64,000 nt of DNA from Octopus bimaculoides (lineage: Eukaryota). The notes under the pieces are model-generated. The model did not search any database. It was not told the DNA's origin and saw only the letters and a program-made list of their open reading frames with translations. Where the stretch lies: NCBI RefSeq assembly GCF_001194135.2, contig NC_068983.1:115411891-115475890 (forward strand). The letters run 5' to 3'. This document shows, piece by piece, positions 26,346 through 38,294 of this stretch. Each line of letters begins with the position of its first letter. Position 1 is the first letter of the stretch. Made by a program: the position numbers and the translations under genes.

Positions 26346-26728
26346 TGTGGAGGCGCAATGGCCCAGTGGTTAGGGGAGCGGACTCGCGGTCATAGGATCG
26401 CGGTTTCGATTCCCAGACCGGGCGCTGTGAGTGTTTATTGAGCGAAAACACCTAAAGCTCCACGAGGCTCCGGCAGGGAATGGTGGCGAACCCTGCTGTA
26501 CTCATCCACCATAACTTTCTCTCTGTCTTACTTCCTGTTTCTGTTGTGCCTGTAATTCAAAGGGTCAGCCTTGTCACACTGTGTCACGCTGAATATCCCC
26601 GAGAACTACGTTAAGGGTACACGTGTCTGTGGAGTGCTCAGCCACTTGCACGTTAATTTCACGAGCAGGCTGTTCCGTTGATCGGATCAACTGGAACCCT
26701 CGACGTCATAAGCGAGGGAGTGCCAACA
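26346..26728 (+). mobile_element. SINE family C
   Basis: GGAGGCGCAATGGCCCAGTGGTTAGG..GGAGTGCCAACAAC. Confidence 0.9.
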
Positions 26729-27339
26729 ACAATGCAAAAATACTTATGTTATTCCAAAAATATCTGTATGGATCAAAAGGTCCTGTCTTTTATCAGATTT
26801 TTAAGTTTAAGGTCGGAAAATCAGCATAAAGAATAGTTGAATAAAATTTTATTTAAGTGGTAAAAAACTTCGGAAACATATGTGGTTATTGATATGAACG
26901 TATCATTTTCAAATAAAATCTATTCAAGAATTTTCCTAGAAAATTATCGGAACAAAATACTTTTGAAGAAAATATGTACAGGGCAATATTCTTTCACGAG
27001 GATGCTAAGTATGTTTTTATCTGTATAAACTATTATAATTACAAAATACCGAAACTCTAATAAGAGCTAATAGAGAATTAGTTAATAAAGGAACTATTGG
27101 GATATATTTGTGAGCAATTAGTATTTTAATATTTTATTAGACATTAATACTCGGATGAAACAAAATACTATTTTTAAGCAACCATAGATTAATTTACCTA
27201 TTTCAATTTCATGCTCAGTTTTATCATTATTTACTGTATTGTTATTACATTAAAGAATTAACTGACACTTAAAGAAATTATGTGTAAGGATCGCCTGCGT
27301 CAATTTAATGAATAACATAGAGCCAAGAAGAAAGCTTAT

Positions 27340-27535
27340 ATGCAGTCGTTTGACCTGCTAGAAGTAGCAACCAAATCTTCATGCCACATCCTACATTTTT
27401 CAATAAAGAAAATGAGATATTGGATAGTGTCGTTCTTAGTATACTCTATTTAAAAACACAATAATATCACGATTGAAATGTTTTTTTTAATCCTCAGTCC
27501 GCTCGACCAATGCTGTCTTGGAGACTAAAAATAAC
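27340..27535 (+). mobile_element. Old dispersed SINE-like repeat, family E
   Basis: GTCGTTTGACCTGCTAGAAGTAGCAACCAAATCT..TTGGATAGTGT. Related copies at 28780-28975 (+), 29210-29400 (-) and 59255-59410 (-). Confidence 0.6.
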
Positions 27536-28041
27536 ATAATCATACTTTCTATTGTAAAAAAAAATTTTAAGCAGAGAAAAAAATTTCCTGCTGAAGTGAA
27601 TTTTAAAATATTTTAATAATTCTTTTCATATTAATGAAGAATTTTGCAAATAAAAATAATGCGAAAATACTGAAACAATTATAATCAAAACAAACAATAG
27701 AAAGTCTAGTTACAGTGATTGTGATTCATCTTGTCACTTGATTACTTAACGAGTCCAAGGACTTAATTTCTAAAGCCTAGAACAGTGAATAATCGTAATC
27801 ACCATGTATAAATTTTATCACTTGTGAAATACTAAATTCAACAAAGAAAGCAAAACAATTATTGCTATTATACAACTACTAGCGTATATCATTGTATTTA
27901 AAATACTCATGGAAGAATTCTGGTCATCCTTCCATTCTCTAAAACCTTTTAGGCATTTCAATTTGTGAATTGCAGAGAAGGAACCTTAGACTAAGAAACT
28001 TATGGTAATAATTATTCTTAAACGCTCGTTTTATTTTTCAG

Positions 28042-28097
28042 AATAGTAACATTAGCGATTCAAAGATTAGATCATGAGACCATTCAGAAACATAACA
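28042..28097 (+). CDS. Candidate 56-nt exon (IVTLAIQRLDHETIQKHN)
   Basis: CGTTTTATTTTTCAG acceptor and ACA|GTAAGA donor. Phase-compatible with 28229. Confidence 0.4.
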
Positions 28098-28228
28098 GTA
28101 AGATTTTAATGGAAGGCATGTAAAAGAACGGTATTGTCGCAGTATTATAAATTTCTTATCTGCCAGAACTTCAGAATTGACACATCGCATGTTCCATATT
28201 GCTTTACATATAATTCATGCCATTTCAG

Positions 28229-28293
28229 ACATGAAGTGTTGCAACAAGTTCCATAGATTTCCGGTGGGTGTGCTTATAACAGTAAGAGTTCAG
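28229..28293 (+). CDS. Candidate exon (MKCCNKFHRFPVGVLIT[VRVQ]); donors at 28281 or 28293
   Basis: CATTTCAG acceptor after a 131-nt intron. The frame continues from 28042-28097; GTAAGA or GTAATA donor. Confidence 0.35.
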
Positions 28294-30719
28294 GTAATAA
28301 ATAACTGATCTTGTATTTTCTAATCCTATTAAATTATAACATTAACCCGAGTTCCATTGATTTTCTTAACACTTTAAAATTGTTTATTATTGCCATAATT
28401 AGTGTTGAACGAGATTAATACTCTTGACTTTGTAGGAATATCTTCTCATTTTTATGTTTAACTGTCATCTCGAAATTTTAATAAAAGCCGCCAATTCAAT
28501 GAATTCACTATGGCTACATTATTGCTTGGGTTAAAAGAAGTTAGTTATGAATATGAATTAATTGATTCCAGCAACGATAAAATTCATTTTGTTTGATAGC
28601 ACAAGTTTGAGTCTTCCTTTATAAATATTAACTATCACATACGATCAAAAGCTTTTTTCAACTTTTTCTTTTTTAAAGAAACCCAGTTCTAGTTCTTCTA
28701 GTAGTGTGTTTAATTTCATTTCTGTGTAATTAATTAATACCTGCCTATCATCAGGTTGTAGTACCAGTTAAAAGAAAACCGCTTACTTGACCACAGAATC
28801 GATTATAAACCTTTGAGGGATAAGTTTCTTACAAAATTCACGCTATCGCCTTAAAAAAGGGAAGACATTAGATAATGTACCCTATTACCTGAAATAATAA
28901 GATGGGGATAGTCATAACTGGAATGACTTTGATCATAGCTTTGATCGATCAGAGGTGACTTGAACCTAAACAATACTAACATTAATATCATCCTTACTTA
29001 TCAACGTATTTTTAATTCATCTATCATAAATAAATTACTCGGCTTAATAAAATAAATATGTCTTTTAATAATTTTCATATAAATAGTTCGACACAAGAAT
29101 CTTCAGAATACCAAAATGTTATTCAAGTCCTCCAATAAATCCATATTGAATTAATAGATTAATATTGAGTTAATGAATTGCTTTTGATAGCACCCATTGA
29201 CATTTGTCGTTATGGTGGTTAACCCCAGGTCAGCTCTAACTTAGCAGATCAACGACCAAAGATGTTGTACCTATGCGCATCCATCTTTCTCTGTAAGGAG
29301 AATGTATCAAGGAGTACATTATCAAATGTCTCCTTCATTTTTCAAGATGTAGAACTTAGTTTGAGAGAGATTTGACATGTATTTCCAGCTAGCAGAGGCT
29401 ACTTCTCTGATAATTCCTTCTGTTCATTGATCTCTATATTTCTGCTCATATTGTGTACTGTTTTCGTTTATTTTTTAGATATTTTCTGTAAAAGTGTATC
29501 TGAAAACACTTTTCTTTTTCTCTTTTCTTGATTTATCATTTGATTTCTAATCCCGTCAAGGTCGGTTTGATTTTTTTTATATTTCTGGGACCCATTAATA
29601 TTTCGTCTCATACTGGATATCGATTAAATCGATTAATATTCTCCTAAAATATGTAGCCTTGTGCTAAATTTCGAAATCTATACTTAATACTTCATATCCA
29701 TAGTGTTTATTATGAATATCTAAACGCATTCACAACCATCAAACCAGCTGTTATTTCTAACGCACGTCACAGTGATTTCTAACATAGGCACAAAGCCTCA
29801 ATTACTCGATTGATACTTAATCTGCCTCAGAAGGATGAAAATGGAGGTTAATCTTTTTGAACATAAACTATAACTAAATACAGCATCTCGTTTTCTCTAC
29901 TATTTTTGCCAATCCATCGTGCTATATAACACTCTTATTAATGCATTATTTCACTATATAAACTATACTCACAGTCGTTTTAAGCTTCGCGATATTAAAA
30001 TACCTTTAAAGTGGTTTGTTCAGTGTGTTTTATCGCTCAGATGATTTATTCATATGCCACTCAATAAAAAAATTTTAAAATACTGATCTGTGATATTTTT
30101 ACTCCATGACTACAAGAATCAATTCCAAAAGTCACGGTTCTTTGACACGAATTTAAGTAGTATTTCTAGTTATCTTCTTTTCAGAATGTTACCTATTAAG
30201 AATTTCTTTCTTTTCTTTCAGTTTATTTTCTCTTTCTTATTTTACTTTAAACATTTATTAAGGTCTTTAAATATTGGAAAATTATTAACATTACATTCTT
30301 GATTAATCTGATGGTTTATTTCTAAATAAAAAATTAAAAAATCAGGGTGAGGCGTTATCATATCAATTTTGTAATTAATCATTCAATTTTGATAATTCAG
30401 ATTTTCATCATAATACTTTGATTACTCTTTATGCGTGTTTAAATCATGATTAATTGCTGATTTAATTATGTTCCAAAATAACACGCAATAATGATTTGAA
30501 GGTTAAATGGGGTTACTGATATACTCTAGTTTTGCTTCGTACTCCAGAAATAAGAATTATAATGACCATTTAGTAAGTCAATTGAGTGTCTGCATTGTAC
30601 CAAGTTAAGCGCTCCTGCCATGCTTTATTTGTGATAAAAGCGCACGTGGGAGTTGTCCTCCACGCAATTACCGCTTTTGTGTGTATGCTTGTGTGTGTGT
30701 GTGTGTGTGTGTGTTTACC

Positions 30720-31330
30720 TATCTTTTATTTTTTACTTAGACTGCGGACTTGCTGGGGGACAGCCTTGAAGAATTTTTAGTCGAATGAATCAACACCAGT
30801 ACTTTTTTTAAAGCCTAGTACTTATTATTTAATCGACTCTTTTGCCGAATCGCTAAGTTACGGGAAAATAAGCACATCGACACTAGTTGTCAAGCGATAG
30901 TGTGGGGGACAACACAGACCTAAGGACGCACACATGCACACACGCACGCACACACACACACACATATGAATATATATATATATATATATATATATAATAC
31001 AAAGAATATATATGCATGTATACACACATATATGTACATACTTACATCTACATGTGTATATAGATGCATATCAGGGTACAGGACGTTAGAACAATGAACT
31101 ACAGACACGGAACGAACACATAGAAAAACGGAAAGCCACTTGGAATATTCCTTCATCAGCTGCCTCTATTCTAACCCGACGTTTATATACGATGTGCTTC
31201 TTTCAGTTTTCGTCTACCAAATCCACTCACAAAACTCTGGTCGGCTCGAGGCATGGTGCATCGCAGTCGGACTGATCCCAGAACCATGTAGTTGGGAAGC
31301 AAGCTCCTTGCCACATAGCCATGCCTGTGC
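30720..31330 (-). mobile_element. SINE family A, reverse, with microsatellite and a ~140-bp insert in its middle
   Basis: Tail reverse complement at 30720-30930 and head reverse complement at 31190-31330. Confidence 0.75.
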
Positions 31331-31399
31331 CTATAAAGCCGCTGGTGTCAGTCTTAGTCTACGGCCATGCTGGAGTCCTTTTTTAAAGATAATATTTTT

Positions 31400-31733
31400 T
31401 TAAATCAATTATATCTATCCCGGTACTTTATTTTAATCTGCTACTAGCATATGTCGAACTCAACGCACTGTTTTATACTTGTATACACAAAACATAGATA
31501 CACACGCACATACCTAGCCCTATATATATATAGGATTTGCTTAGGTGTGTGTGCGCGCGTGCGTGTGCTTTTACGTCTCTCTTGTCGAATCGCTAAGTTA
31601 CGGGGATGTAAACACATAAACACTAGTTGCCAAGCGGTAGTGGGAGTGCAAACACAGACAAACACACCCGCACGCACACACACACACACGCACGCACGCA
31701 CACACGCACGCACACACACACACACATATGTAT

Positions 31734-31765
<32 letters not shown>

Positions 31766-31945
31766 GCATGCGCACACACAAAGACACTCACACAACACGG
31801 GCCTCTTTCAGTTTCCGTCTATCAAATCTACTCACAAGACTTCGGTTGAACCGAAGCTATAGTAGAATACACTTGCGCAAGATGCTATGCAGTGGAACTG
31901 AATCCGGAACCATGTGGTTGAGAAGCAAGCTTCATACCACACAGT
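31400..31945 (-). mobile_element. SINE family A, reverse (compound, with CA/CG microsatellite)
   Basis: TTTCAGTTTCCGTCTATCAAATCTACTCACAAG..GGAACCATGTGGTTG. Confidence 0.75.
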
Positions 31946-32002
31946 CACACCACTCTGTGTGTGTATACAGAAAGAGACAGACAGACAGACAGATAGACAG
32001 AC

Positions 32003-32050
<48 letters not shown>

Positions 32051-33064
32051 GTGGCTTCCCTAGAGTTTGTCTTCTAAATTCCACATAGCCAACCAAATCT
32101 ATAATAGAAAACATTTGTCGCCGAATGTCGAGCGCAGTAAGATATCGAACTGGGGAACATATGGTTGCAAAACCAACGTTTTAATCACACGGCTGCGCGT
32201 GCACTTCTTTGATTTAGTTGTTGTTGTTGTTGTATGCTTTTTTTGTTTTTGTGAGGAGGACATTTTACAAGAAAATACACTTTGTGCACGTTTTCGATGG
32301 AGATTTGCATTGACTCTATAGAGAGTATATGATAACTATACATACAAAGTCATAGTTAAAACTTTCCTGCAACCATATTCATATCAAGACTATGCATGAT
32401 TAGTGCTTGTATGACAACTAAACAACGAATAATGTTTTCTCGTACGAAATTACTCTATATCTGATAGCTGATATTCTGTCTTTTTGTTCTTCATTATAAT
32501 GTTCTGCCTTCATATTGAAAATGGCTCCATAACAGAATAAAGTATTTATTATCTTAATGTTAAAACAGCTGCTTGAACTTTGTATAAATGCTTATGTATG
32601 AAGTGGTCTTTTAAATGGCTACTATATTTTCAAGTGTAAGTTAATAGTAGCAACATGTAAAAGATTCACTTCGACCATCATGCACCATGATATCTCTGAA
32701 TTTGCTCATCAGCTGATTTACTCACATTTTTCTGAGTAACAATAACACTACCAAATTTAATTTAAGGTATAACTAAATATACTCAGCAGACCATAATCCG
32801 GTCATGTTTTCCACTTAATTTTATTTTGAATATTTACTGGAGTAATTCTAACATTACATTAAGTGATTCGATTTTACCAATACAAAGCATAGACAAAAGA
32901 AATAAACTAATGGTAGCCTAAGCAATGTTCTAACCTCTGAATGATTCCGAACAGAAGTTGGAAACTCCACCATAGAAATAACTGAAAATCTTGAAACATG
33001 CGTTACACTAAAGGAAAGACGTTATAACTTTGAGATTGCGATGCGTCAATATTTTATATCCCAA

Positions 33065-33535
33065 AGGCGGCGAGCTGGCAGAAACGTTAGCTCATCGGGC
33101 GAAATGCTTAGCGATATTTCGTCTGTCTTTATGTTCTGAGTTCAAATTCCGCCGAGGTCGACTTTGCCTTTCATCCTTACAGGGTCAATAAATTAAGTAC
33201 CAGTTGCGTATTGGGTCTGCCCTTCAAATTCCACGAGGTCGACTTTTCTTTCATCCTTTCAGGGTCGATAATTTAAGTACCTGTTGCGTATTGTGGTCGA
33301 TGTAATCGACTGGCCCCCTCCCCAAAAATTTCGGGCCTTGTGCCTAGAGTAGAAAAGAATATTTTAAATATCAAGGCGACTAGCTGCCAGAATCGTTAGG
33401 ACACCGGACAAAATGCTAAGCTCCATTTCTTCCGACTTTACGTTCTGAGTTCAAATTCCACCGGAGTCAACTTTTCTTTTCATCCTTTCGGAGTCGATAA
33501 AATAAGTACCAGTTTGGCACTGGACCCGATGTAAT
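33065..33535 (+). mobile_element. Two tandem SINE family B copies (33065-33360 with ~80-bp internal duplication; 33375-33535)
   Basis: Direct alignment to the family B head and body. Confidence 0.85.
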
Positions 33536-33637
33536 CAAGGATAAACATACTTTATTTGCAAAAAACAGGCATCATATATTTGATATGATAATTTTTGAAG
33601 AAAATAACAGTTTATTTGTAAAAACAAAAGGCATCAT

Positions 33638-34754
33638 TTATTTGGTATAGTGATTTTGGAAGCATGATGTTACACATAGGGGAACATTACAGATTGGGCA
33701 CATATATTTTGATTTTTTTACGAGTTTGTCCCGCTACTGTCTCATTTCATTGCACAAGCCTTGCATTGTTGTTTTTGGATATTTCTTCTTTCTGATGAAA
33801 AACGAGCAGGATTAGAAGTTGTTGGGAGTCTACCAGCTTTTGAATGTGGAATATGTCTTTTGTGATTGTTTGCTCAATGAATAGCAATTTGTATGGCAAA
33901 GAAGTAAGAGATTTGATCGCCGTTGCATCATCACGGTCATGATTGTTGTTGTCTTCTCCGTCTTTATCATCTACTGTAAGAGATGCTTTATAAATGATGT
34001 ATGACTTCCATAGTGCCAGAGCCATCAGGTAAAAGAAGTTATTATAGTATTTCTTGCCTTGTTTCAAAGGTACTGGCTAATCACTGAAATACTGATCGAT
34101 CTTGCCGACCCCTCCCATTGCTAAATTGTAATTGTTAAGAGCATCTAATCTTTTCATGATTTTGGTCGAGTACTTACTTTCTTCAAAACTTGACTGTGAA
34201 CTGTAGGCAATAGGTGATTTTCAGGTCAAGATATTTCTTCTCCAAAAAGGCACAAATTTCACCCCTTTTCAGATTTTCTTTTTTCAATGGTTCAGGCATT
34301 TCCTTTCTGTTTTGATGTACAGTACCACACATAAATATACGTCTAGACAAGTATTTCAGCTAACTGTGGACGAGTTTAAAAGTTATCAACACTCAGACAG
34401 TAGCAAAGGTTTCGTGAGGTCGAGGACATTGATAGGTCATTAAATTCCTAATCAAACTTTGTCCATTTCCCTACATATATAATAACTACCCAAGCATACT
34501 CTAATTCAGATTTACACAGTATAAATTTTTTCATACCAAATATACTAGGTTTAAGAATAATGTATTGAACCCATCGAAACCTACCCTTGTAGGCGTAGGA
34601 GTGGCTGTGTGGTAAGTAGCTTGCTTACAAACCACATGGTTCCGGGTTCAGTCCCACTGCGTGGCATCTTGGGCAAGTGTCTTCTACTACAACCTCAGGC
34701 CGACCAAAGCCTTGTGAGTGGATTTGGTAGACAGAAACTGAAAAGAAGCCCGTC

Positions 34755-34790
<36 letters not shown>

Positions 34791-35400
34791 NNNNNNNNNN
34801 TGTGTGTGTTTGTCCCCCAACATCGCTTGACAATCGATGCTGGTGTGTTTACGTCCCCGTAACTTAGCGGTTCGGCAAAAGAGACCGATAGAATAAATAC
34901 TAGGCTTCCAAAGAATAAGTCCTGGGGTCGATTTGCTCGACTAAAGGCGGTGCTCCAGCATGGCCACAGTGAAATGACTGAAACAAGTAAAAGAGTAAAA
35001 GAGTATACAACATAAGGCTGCCATCAGCACCAAAATCCCTTTTTGAAAAATATGAACTCTGAAATTTTGCAAGTAAGTGACAGAACACATCAAATATGTT
35101 ATTTAGTTTAGGACAGGGGTGAGTTTCAAAATCATAAGTTTCATTGTCAGAGAAATCAAGATACTGCTGAATTTAACGATAGCGATCGGATGGCATAGTT
35201 CTTCCCAAACAGGATTGCTGAAGCACAGGACTCTTTGATAACTGCATGTCTTCTAGCAATTTGGCAATACGTTGAAGCATTCTCAGTGAAAACAAAGAAC
35301 GCTTGAGGTTCAGCAGGTGTCCGATTACCTACAGGATTTTGACCAGCAAACCTGTTTGTTTCCTTACAAATCAAATTATTCAATGTTTCATTAAACACCT
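33638..35400 (-). pseudogene. piggyBac (PGBD4-like) transposase pseudogene, interrupted by a SINE
   Basis: Minus strand gives ETNRFA, MPSDRYR*IQQYLDFSDNE, PKLNNIF..DGSLMLY|KGRFRWVQY..FGMK, DNF, GTVHQNRKEMP, YNLAMGGVGKIDQ, KQGKKYY and the C-terminal CPICNVPLCVTSCF cysteine-rich domain. Confidence 0.92.
34592..35005 (+). mobile_element. SINE family A inserted in the piggyBac ORF
   Basis: Full head, core and tail. TA is duplicated (34590-34591 and 35006-35007). Confidence 0.92.
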
Positions 35401-36900
35401 GTAAAAGCTCGAGTATTTAACACTTATGAGGAAAATGTAGAAAGAAACTGGTTTATATATTAAGATTGCATTATAGCTTGTAACTGACATAACGCAAGTT
35501 TGCTAAAATTTCATAACTTGCGGAAATAAACAAACATGTTTGCATAGTTCTTTGCATAATCAGTTGGAAATATCGGTTTTCGTTGTTATATTGACCAGCA
35601 AATAAAACAATATATAAAGCATCTATTGAAAATTTACCACGAAAGAGTGAAAAGAAACAGTTTTATACATTAAGATTGTACTGTAGCTAGGAGCTATAGT
35701 TCAATTTTAATATATAAATGCTAATAATTAGTTACCATTTCATAAATTATTACCGTAAACAGAGAAAAAACAGAATAATTAATGTCAGATATTTTCGTAG
35801 AAATAAACAATGCAAATTGCTTTACTGAAATAACAATAATAAAGCTAAGGTTTAAACAATGATAAATAACACAAAGAAGAAAAGTGCTCATTAAAATATA
35901 TGGTAATGATATTTTATAGAAAACAGTTCAGCCGATCTTTGTACATCGATATTAGTATTGTTAAGGGAAGGCGGCGAGCTGGCACAGTCGCTAGTCTGTA
36001 TTTATGTTCTGAGTTCAAATTCTGCCAAAGTCAACTTTGCCCTTATTCCTGTCGAGGTTGATAAAATATGTACCAGTTGATCACAGGGATCAATGTCATC
36101 GACTTACTCCCCCTCTGAACTTGCTGACTTTGTGCCAAAAATTTGAAACCAATATATATATATATATATATATATATCTTACTTGACAGAGAAAAAGTGA
36201 AAACTGTATCGTGAACAGTGAAAATAGAATTTAAGGTATATAGAATTATGTCCCTGCATACTTTGACGGTATCAAATTCAAAATCAATAACTAAAATTTT
36301 GTAAGAATTCTAAACATGCGAGAAAGTAATTGTTGAAAAGGTTTAGTGGCTAAAGAAATAAGATTTACTTGATTCTGTAGATCTGCTTGGTATACTCCAG
36401 CTATTTATTATTAATTTACAATCAAACTATGGAGGACCCATTGTTTTTCTAGATATGTGATTGAATTATGAAGTATTGTCAGGTTTGTTTATATATAAAT
36501 TCGCGAAGGTTAACGATCCAAGACAAATTAATTTCTTCAACATTTACGTGATCAGTTTTAAAAAAACGATAGCCATCGTTATGTAAAATGTAAAATAAAA
36601 TATAAAATATAAAAAGATAAAATAAAATATTTACCATAATATTTCGAGGTTGAGAAAAGATAAAAATCAAAAACAAACAATTATATCAACTTTTTAGCTA
36701 ATAGGTTAACAGAAAATGTCTTTTTTCATCGTAGTATAGTGAAGCCAAAATAATATTTTTAAAAAATCATACAATAACGTAATGCATATAGTATCTTATA
36801 TTTAATAATATCTTATATTTAATCTTCTGAAACTATTTGTATTATTTTAGAATAAAATACCATTAATTAATATCGAAGATACGTTTTTAATGGGAAATCC
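35400..36900 (+). repeat. Local AT-rich repeat family, copy 1
   Basis: Aligns by eye to 40780-41800, e.g. TTTAGTGGCTAAAGAAATAAGATTT vs TTTAGTGGTTAAAGAAATAAGATTT. A SINE B sits inside at 35970-36150. Confidence 0.7.
35970..36150 (+). mobile_element. SINE family B (shortened)
   Basis: GGCGGCGAGCTGGCA..GTTCTGAGTTCAAATTCTGCC..TTTGAAACC. Confidence 0.8.
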
Positions 36901-37142
36901 TGACTTTTTAAGGTCCATATGGCCAACTTGAAGTAAAAAATATGTGGGAATTAGGAAATCTAGAGCTTAATCAAAGTGTTGTTTTGTGAATGCATGAAAT
37001 TATTTTTTTGTATATAAGAATGAAAATGAGAAGGTGAAAGTGGAAAAAAGTGAGGTGAAGGAAGCACTGAATGATTACATGTAGTTAAAAGATTACCAAG
37101 TTCATAGGTATTTCCACCCAGAACTTCTAACGTTAGTTTTCT

Positions 37143-37192
<50 letters not shown>

Positions 37193-37204
37193 CATTTTCT
37201 CCTC

Positions 37205-37241
<37 letters not shown>

Positions 37242-37576
37242 TTCTCTCTCACACACACATAATCTACGTTATCTTGACATACAACATAAGTAACTACAGA
37301 CATTACTATTTTGCTGACACTATTATTGTTGTTGTCAGTTGGTTATTCAGAAGTTTGTAATTGGTGGTGGTGATGGTAGTGGTGGTGGTGGTGATGGTGG
37401 TGGTGGTGGTGATGGCGGCAGCGGCGGTGGTTTCCCTAAGCGTGAAATCTCATAAAATGAAGTGCTCATAATGCAGGGAAGGTCTTATATATAATACATA
37501 CATACAAATATATATATATATATATAACTTTGTATTTATCCTATCATACATGTATGTATGCAAATAGATAGGTAGT

Positions 37577-37613
<37 letters not shown>

Positions 37614-38294
37614 NNNNNNNNNNNNNNNNNNNNNNNNNNNNNNNNNNNNNNNNNNNNNNNNNNNNNNNNNNNNNNNNNNNNNNNNNNNNNNNNNNNNNNN
37701 NNNNNNNNNNNNNACAAGTGGTTATATATTTTGATTATTCATCTGTATTGTTGTAACTAATCTTATCTGTAGTTAGTATGATACCTATTGAGTTTTATGA
37801 ATTTATGAAATCCTTTCGTGTCATGATGTAGATATAGCGTGGCTGAGTGGGCGTTGATAGCATTTCTAACGACACATCTATCTTACATAATTAAAGAGAA
37901 CAGATTATTTTACAATTTGTAACACCTAAATGTTACTATATACTGAAGAACGTAATTCTCTAATACGTACCTCTCGACTTAGTTTCATTTTTCTTCGACA
38001 ATTACGATTAAATCTATCTTACTAAAAGTAGATGATTTTTGATCTCTCTAACACATAAAATCCTCGACATATTGCCGGCATACTCCGCATTACAGGAACT
38101 TTGAGCTCCTGAAAGTTTTGCTGTAACATGGATTTTTGTAACAGAAAGCCTATTTTACCATTGACTTCCTGTTACATGGAACTTAATGAACAAGGAACCA
38201 AAGAAAAATAGGTTTTGTATTACAAAACTCCACGTTACAACAAGATTTTTAGAATGCAACGCTCCCGTAACGCGAGGGATGCTAATAGTTGATA

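Noticed and set aside
26346-26420. tRNA genes at SINE heads (also 25820, 39181, 49131)
   Set aside because: They have A/B boxes but incomplete cloverleaves and run into SINE or PLE bodies.
31141-31185. CUGAUGA and AAACGUC on the minus strand
   Set aside because: The motifs are in the wrong order for type I, and no stem I pairing supports a type II fold.
35156-35398. Minus-strand ORF with an acceptor-like site, first read as a host exon
   Set aside because: ETNRFA and the downstream frame identify it as piggyBac transposase.
37370-37430. Poly-Gly-like (GGT)n tract
   Set aside because: It is a simple trinucleotide repeat with no ORF or splice context.
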